From the IMG/VR virus record IMGVR_UViG_3300042924_000307, positions 1 through 37,758 of that record: a stretch of DNA of 37,758 nucleotides, one strand, 5' to 3'. The position numbers were made by a program, and so were the translations under genes. This document shows positions 34,914 to 37,758 of the stretch, piece by piece. Under the pieces are notes generated by a model that saw only the letters and a list, made by a program, of their open reading frames with translations, searched no databases and was not told the origin of the DNA. This stretch comes from a virus. Taxonomy: Duplodnaviria > Caudoviricetes. Every line of letters begins with the position of its first letter. Within the stretch, counting starts at the first letter, position 1.

Positions 34914-35409
34914 AATAAACGTTCGCAGAAAGTAAGTTACTCATGGTCATGTAGATACCGTTTCTTACCAAAATCCCCTCACCGGGAATCAAAGCAAAAT
35001 TACCAAAGGTATCACCTGCGCCAGTATCGTAAGTAGCAAGCCACAAAGATGCGTATGCCGCCGCTGTTCCGGCGACAATAGTTCCAGAGTTAATATCTGT
35101 CACTGTGAAAGTGTTTGCGCCAGTGCGTGTAACTGTGTAGTTACCGTTTGTGCCAGATGATCCGCTTGCTGTTGCAAACGTAAGCCCGACTACATTGCCA
35201 GTAACCAACCCGTGTGCGTTTCTGGTAACAGTGATAAGAGTACCCGCCCGCTCGTATGTAGCTGAGACAGGTGCTGTGGTTGTGTCAAAGATGTCTAGTG
35301 TTCCAGCCGTAGCTGTGCCAACCATAGATATACCTTTGAGCCTATTGCGACCCAAAACAACAAAACCTGAGTTGTTCAGGTGGCCCGATTTAACGTCAGT
35401 TTGCATCAT
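34906..35409 (-). CDS. Putative virion structural protein with inserted beta-barrel (HGL..G..V..F) domain
   Basis: AAAGGAG RBS favours the ATG at 35409; MQTDVK..R.RLKG..IPGEGIL..GIY core. Confidence 0.7.
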   Translation of the reverse strand: MMQTDVKSGHLNNSGFVVLGRNRLKGISMVGTATAGTLDIFDTTTAPVSATYERAGTLITVTRNAHGLVTGNVVGLTFATASGSSGTNGNYTVTRTGANTFTVTDINSGTIVAGTAAAYASLWLATYDTGAGDTFGNFALIPGEGILVRNGIYMTMSNLLSANVYYG

Positions 35410-35423
35410 AATCAATCTCCTTT

Positions 35424-35445
35424 AAAAAAGGGGCCGAAGCCCCTT
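35424..35445 (-). terminator. Rho-independent terminator GGGGC-TTCG-GCCCC-TTTTTT
   Basis: Stem 35430-35443 with cUUCGg loop and 6 U, just after the stop of 35453..36001. Confidence 0.85.
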
Positions 35446-35452
35446 GGGTTGA

Positions 35453-36001
35453 TTAGGAATCTGCGAAAGGTGTAGCGACAATGCCGGAACCAATAACGTT
35501 TCCAGTCACCATGTACTTATCAGCAGCAATTGCCACGATTTGAATCCATGTGCCAGCAACGCCGCCGGTGGTTGTACCGTTCAAGTTAATGAAGTCGTTA
35601 GACGAACCGTTAGCAGAGAAGGCAACTACAGCGCCAGATGAGTCTGAATCAATAGAAATAATAGCGCCAACATACAAATCGCCAGAACCAGAAGTTGTAC
35701 CAATCTTCAATGAACTTGTAGAGATGGTGGTAGGAACCCAGATCGTGTAAACAACGCCTTCGTTGTTAGCTGTGCTTGGGTCTTGACCGGGGCCAGATGT
35801 AACAGAGTTTGTTGAAACGTTAATTGCTGGCAATGTCAAAGTGACTGCTGCAGCCAAAGAACCACCAACAGCGATGATACGACCGCCGTGAGCTTCTGGG
35901 CTTAATGTGGTGCTTGTGGTGATGTCAACAACAGTAGCTGGACCTTGTTGATAAATGCCGCCCAATGAACGAACTGGGCCTTGAAACGTAGTGCGTGCCA
36001 T
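35453..36001 (-). CDS. Putative capsid-surface/decoration protein (MARTTFQGPVRS...)
   Basis: T/S/G/V-rich beta protein directly after the MCP; AAGGA RBS; has its own promoter and terminator. Confidence 0.7.
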   Translation of the reverse strand: MARTTFQGPVRSLGGIYQQGPATVVDITTSTTLSPEAHGGRIIAVGGSLAAAVTLTLPAINVSTNSVTSGPGQDPSTANNEGVVYTIWVPTTISTSSLKIGTTSGSGDLYVGAIISIDSDSSGAVVAFSANGSSNDFINLNGTTTGGVAGTWIQIVAIAADKYMVTGNVIGSGIVATPFADS

Positions 36002-36008
36002 GATGTAT

Positions 36009-36081
36009 TCCTTACATGCAAGTTGGGGTGTTCTGTCTGCATGTCGTCAGCCGGGACTGTCAGAACACCGGATAAGCCCGG
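36009..36081 (-). ncRNA. Structured cis-regulatory leader RNA with three interleaved helices (double pseudoknot)
   Basis: P1 36077-81/36051-55 (5 bp), P2 36061-69/36027-35 (9 bp), P3 36038-44/36014-20 (7 bp); all perfect complements. Confidence 0.7.
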
Positions 36082-36090
36082 ATTACTATG

Positions 36091-36119
36091 TTTATACCAC
36101 TACGTTTAAACCAATGCAA
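36091..36119 (-). promoter_or_regulatory. Sigma70-type promoter TTGCAT-N17-TATAAA with extended -10 TG
   Basis: -35 at 36114-36119, -10 at 36091-36096, 17-bp spacer, immediately after the MCP terminator. Confidence 0.7.
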
Positions 36120-36120
36120 C

Positions 36121-36151
36121 AAAAAAGGGGCCGAAGCCCCTTCTTTTTTTT
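36121..36151 (-). terminator. Rho-independent terminator after the major capsid gene (potentially bidirectional)
   Basis: GGGGC-TTCG-GCCCC stem 36127-36140 with T-runs on both strands. Confidence 0.88.
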
Positions 36152-36158
36152 GAACCTA

Positions 36159-37070
36159 TTAGGCTCCGGGTGAACCGAAGATGCCCAAAGGATCAGACAC
36201 GCCGAAGCTGTAACGCTCACGGGCTTTGTAACGAACGTTACCTGTGTCAAAGTCACCGTCCATGCTGGTAGACATGGGAGTGCGGATGAAGTGCTTCAAA
36301 CCGTTAGGCACATCAGTCAACAGGAACCAAGCATTGGTGTCTGTCAAGTAGTGGTTAACGCAGTAGCCATCAGGGATAGAACCGTTGTTCTTCAATGCGT
36401 TGATGTCATTGTCGGCAGTAGAAACACGGAGTTCGGTTTCAAGCAGACGAGTGGCAACGAATTGCAGAGCAGGTGGAATCACCAACTTTTTAGGTTTGGC
36501 GGCGATAAGCAAGCTACGCTCATCTGTCCAAGCAGCGATCTGAATGACGGCATTCTCAAGAGAAGTCTCGTTCAAGTCGGCAGGAGTAGATGGAGTGTTA
36601 CTGTTAGTACCACCGGAGACCAATGGGTGGGCAGTGTTACACAAAGTAACGCCGTCACCGTAAGTCACGCCAGAGCCAGAAAAAGCGTTGTTCAGGACGA
36701 AAGCGGCCTTAACTTGCTTTGTGTAAGCCATACCACGGGCCAGAGCCTTGGTATAACGTGAAGACAGGCTGTCGTACAAGTTATCTTCCACAGCTTCCTC
36801 TGTGATGGCAAAGCCCATCGCAATGGTTTCGTGGGTGTAACGTGCAGTGAAAGCTTCCTGCGCATTGTCATAAGCGATGGCAGCGCCCTCGTTTTTAACA
36901 GGTGCGGCAGCAAAGCCAGACAGCTTTGTCTCTTCTTCAAAGCTACGCTCAGATGATTCTGTTTCGTAGATTTCTTTGTGCTCTTCGCCGTATTTAGCGT
37001 ACTCAAGACCGAACAATGCGTTCAAGCCGGGGAGTAATTCTTTGAGCAGTTGTGCGCGTGAAATAGCCAT
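36159..37070 (-). CDS. Major capsid protein (HK97 fold, Mu gpT-like annotation class)
   Basis: 303 aa; MAISRAQLLKELLPGLNALFGLEY, KNEG..I.YD, P.KLVIPP.L, YKARERYSFG..DP; strong RBS and terminator. Confidence 0.88.
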   Translation of the reverse strand: MAISRAQLLKELLPGLNALFGLEYAKYGEEHKEIYETESSERSFEEETKLSGFAAAPVKNEGAAIAYDNAQEAFTARYTHETIAMGFAITEEAVEDNLYDSLSSRYTKALARGMAYTKQVKAAFVLNNAFSGSGVTYGDGVTLCNTAHPLVSGGTNSNTPSTPADLNETSLENAVIQIAAWTDERSLLIAAKPKKLVIPPALQFVATRLLETELRVSTADNDINALKNNGSIPDGYCVNHYLTDTNAWFLLTDVPNGLKHFIRTPMSTSMDGDFDTGNVRYKARERYSFGVSDPLGIFGSPGA

Positions 37071-37081
37071 GATTTAGCTCC

Positions 37082-37684
37082 TTAGATGCCAACGGCGTTA
37101 GTGAAAGCGGAAGCGCCGGGATTGAACTTAACAAACACTTCAGTGAAGCTGTCAGTCAATGGGGAGGCAAAACCAATAATCTTGAACGCAGCGGCAGTAG
37201 TAACTACTGTGCTTTCCAAGGCGCTGGTAGAGTTACCTGTACGGGTAGAACCTGTAGAAGTAGACTGAGCAGCAGCAAAGAAAGTGTTTGCGCCAAGGGC
37301 GGCTTGAGTAACTTGGCCATCCAATTGAGCTTGGAAAGTCACGTTAGGGTCAGTGATCACGTATGCAGTCACCACGCCGGTTGTGCCGGAGGGGTAGTAC
37401 TGACCGTAAATCTGCTGGCCTTGTGCGTTGATGTATGAAGCACCAACAAAAACGCCCCAAGCACCAAGACTAGAACCACCAAGGTTATTGGTAGTTAAAT
37501 CTTCGCCGGTAGCGGTACATAAAGCGATATAACCGTCTGCATTAATGAGAACAGCTTGTCCATAAAACAAGTTGGACGCAAGACCTGCGGGGTTAATCAG
37601 GAACTGACTCGTAGCGCCAGCATAAGGCATGCCGTCGTTACGGTTGATGGGGCGTAGCCCATAGGGAGCATTGGTAGTTGACAT
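37082..37684 (-). CDS. Capsid-associated (decoration/cement-like) protein upstream of the MCP
   Basis: APYGLRP..GVFVG..Y..DP...F..Q..TGNS pattern; GGAG RBS; synteny. Confidence 0.65.
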   Translation of the reverse strand: MSTTNAPYGLRPINRNDGMPYAGATSQFLINPAGLASNLFYGQAVLINADGYIALCTATGEDLTTNNLGGSSLGAWGVFVGASYINAQGQQIYGQYYPSGTTGVVTAYVITDPNVTFQAQLDGQVTQAALGANTFFAAAQSTSTGSTRTGNSTSALESTVVTTAAAFKIIGFASPLTDSFTEVFVKFNPGASAFTNAVGI

Positions 37685-37701
37685 TTAAGTCTCCAAAAAA
37701 A

Positions 37702-37758
37702 TTAAGTACCTTTTCCGAAAGTGACCGTGGACTTACGTTCTTTGAACATAGGCATCCT
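37702..37758 (-). CDS. C-terminal fragment of an upstream gene (...RMPMFKERKSTVTFGKGT*)
   Basis: Open frame from the window edge to TAA at 37702-37704. Confidence 0.6.
   Translation of the reverse strand, partial: RMPMFKERKSTVTFGKGT

Noticed and set aside
35991-36173. 60-aa + strand ORF or tRNA in the MCP downstream gap
   Set aside because: The region is explained by terminator, promoter and leader helices on the minus strand; no cloverleaf or T-loop consensus seen.
2088-37268. Numerous short + strand ORFs over the structural module
   Set aside because: All lie antisense to long, motif-bearing minus-strand genes and read like reverse-complement codon shadows.
1-37758. Alternative genetic code or stop-codon recoding
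   Set aside because: Genes are full length and tightly packed under the standard code, and TAA, TGA and TAG all act as stops.

Overview
The window is part of a dsDNA tailed-phage genome, most likely a podovirus-like aquatic Caudoviricetes. No tape-measure, tube or sheath gene is visible, and it has a gp10-like nozzle plus large ejection proteins. A Proteobacterial host is inferred, not shown. Bases 1-1954 carry small + strand accessory ORFs. Bases 1941-37758 are one - strand virion module. In transcription order it holds: capsid-associated genes and the major capsid protein; an independently promoted gene with a structured leader; about 10 small basic proteins; head-tail adaptors; a long repeat tail fibre with an S74 chaperone; a GIY-YIG homing endonuclease; a lysis cassette; a nozzle; three low-complexity putative ejection proteins; and a 3095-aa polyvalent protein (metallopeptidase, HhH-glycosylase-like, RelA/SpoT-like, ART-PolyVal, LPD38-like). 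The most notable signals are: (1) six tandem TonB-box-like motifs in a putative ejection protein; (2) a recurring [FYM]xxGG tag shared by small internal proteins and the ejection proteins; (3) a three-helix double-pseudoknot leader and a second H-type pseudoknot, both beside RBSs; (4) a T4 T-like holin next to a second holin; (5) a homing endonuclease that duplicated its host gene's 3' end. All family calls come from motif recognition by eye, with no database searches.
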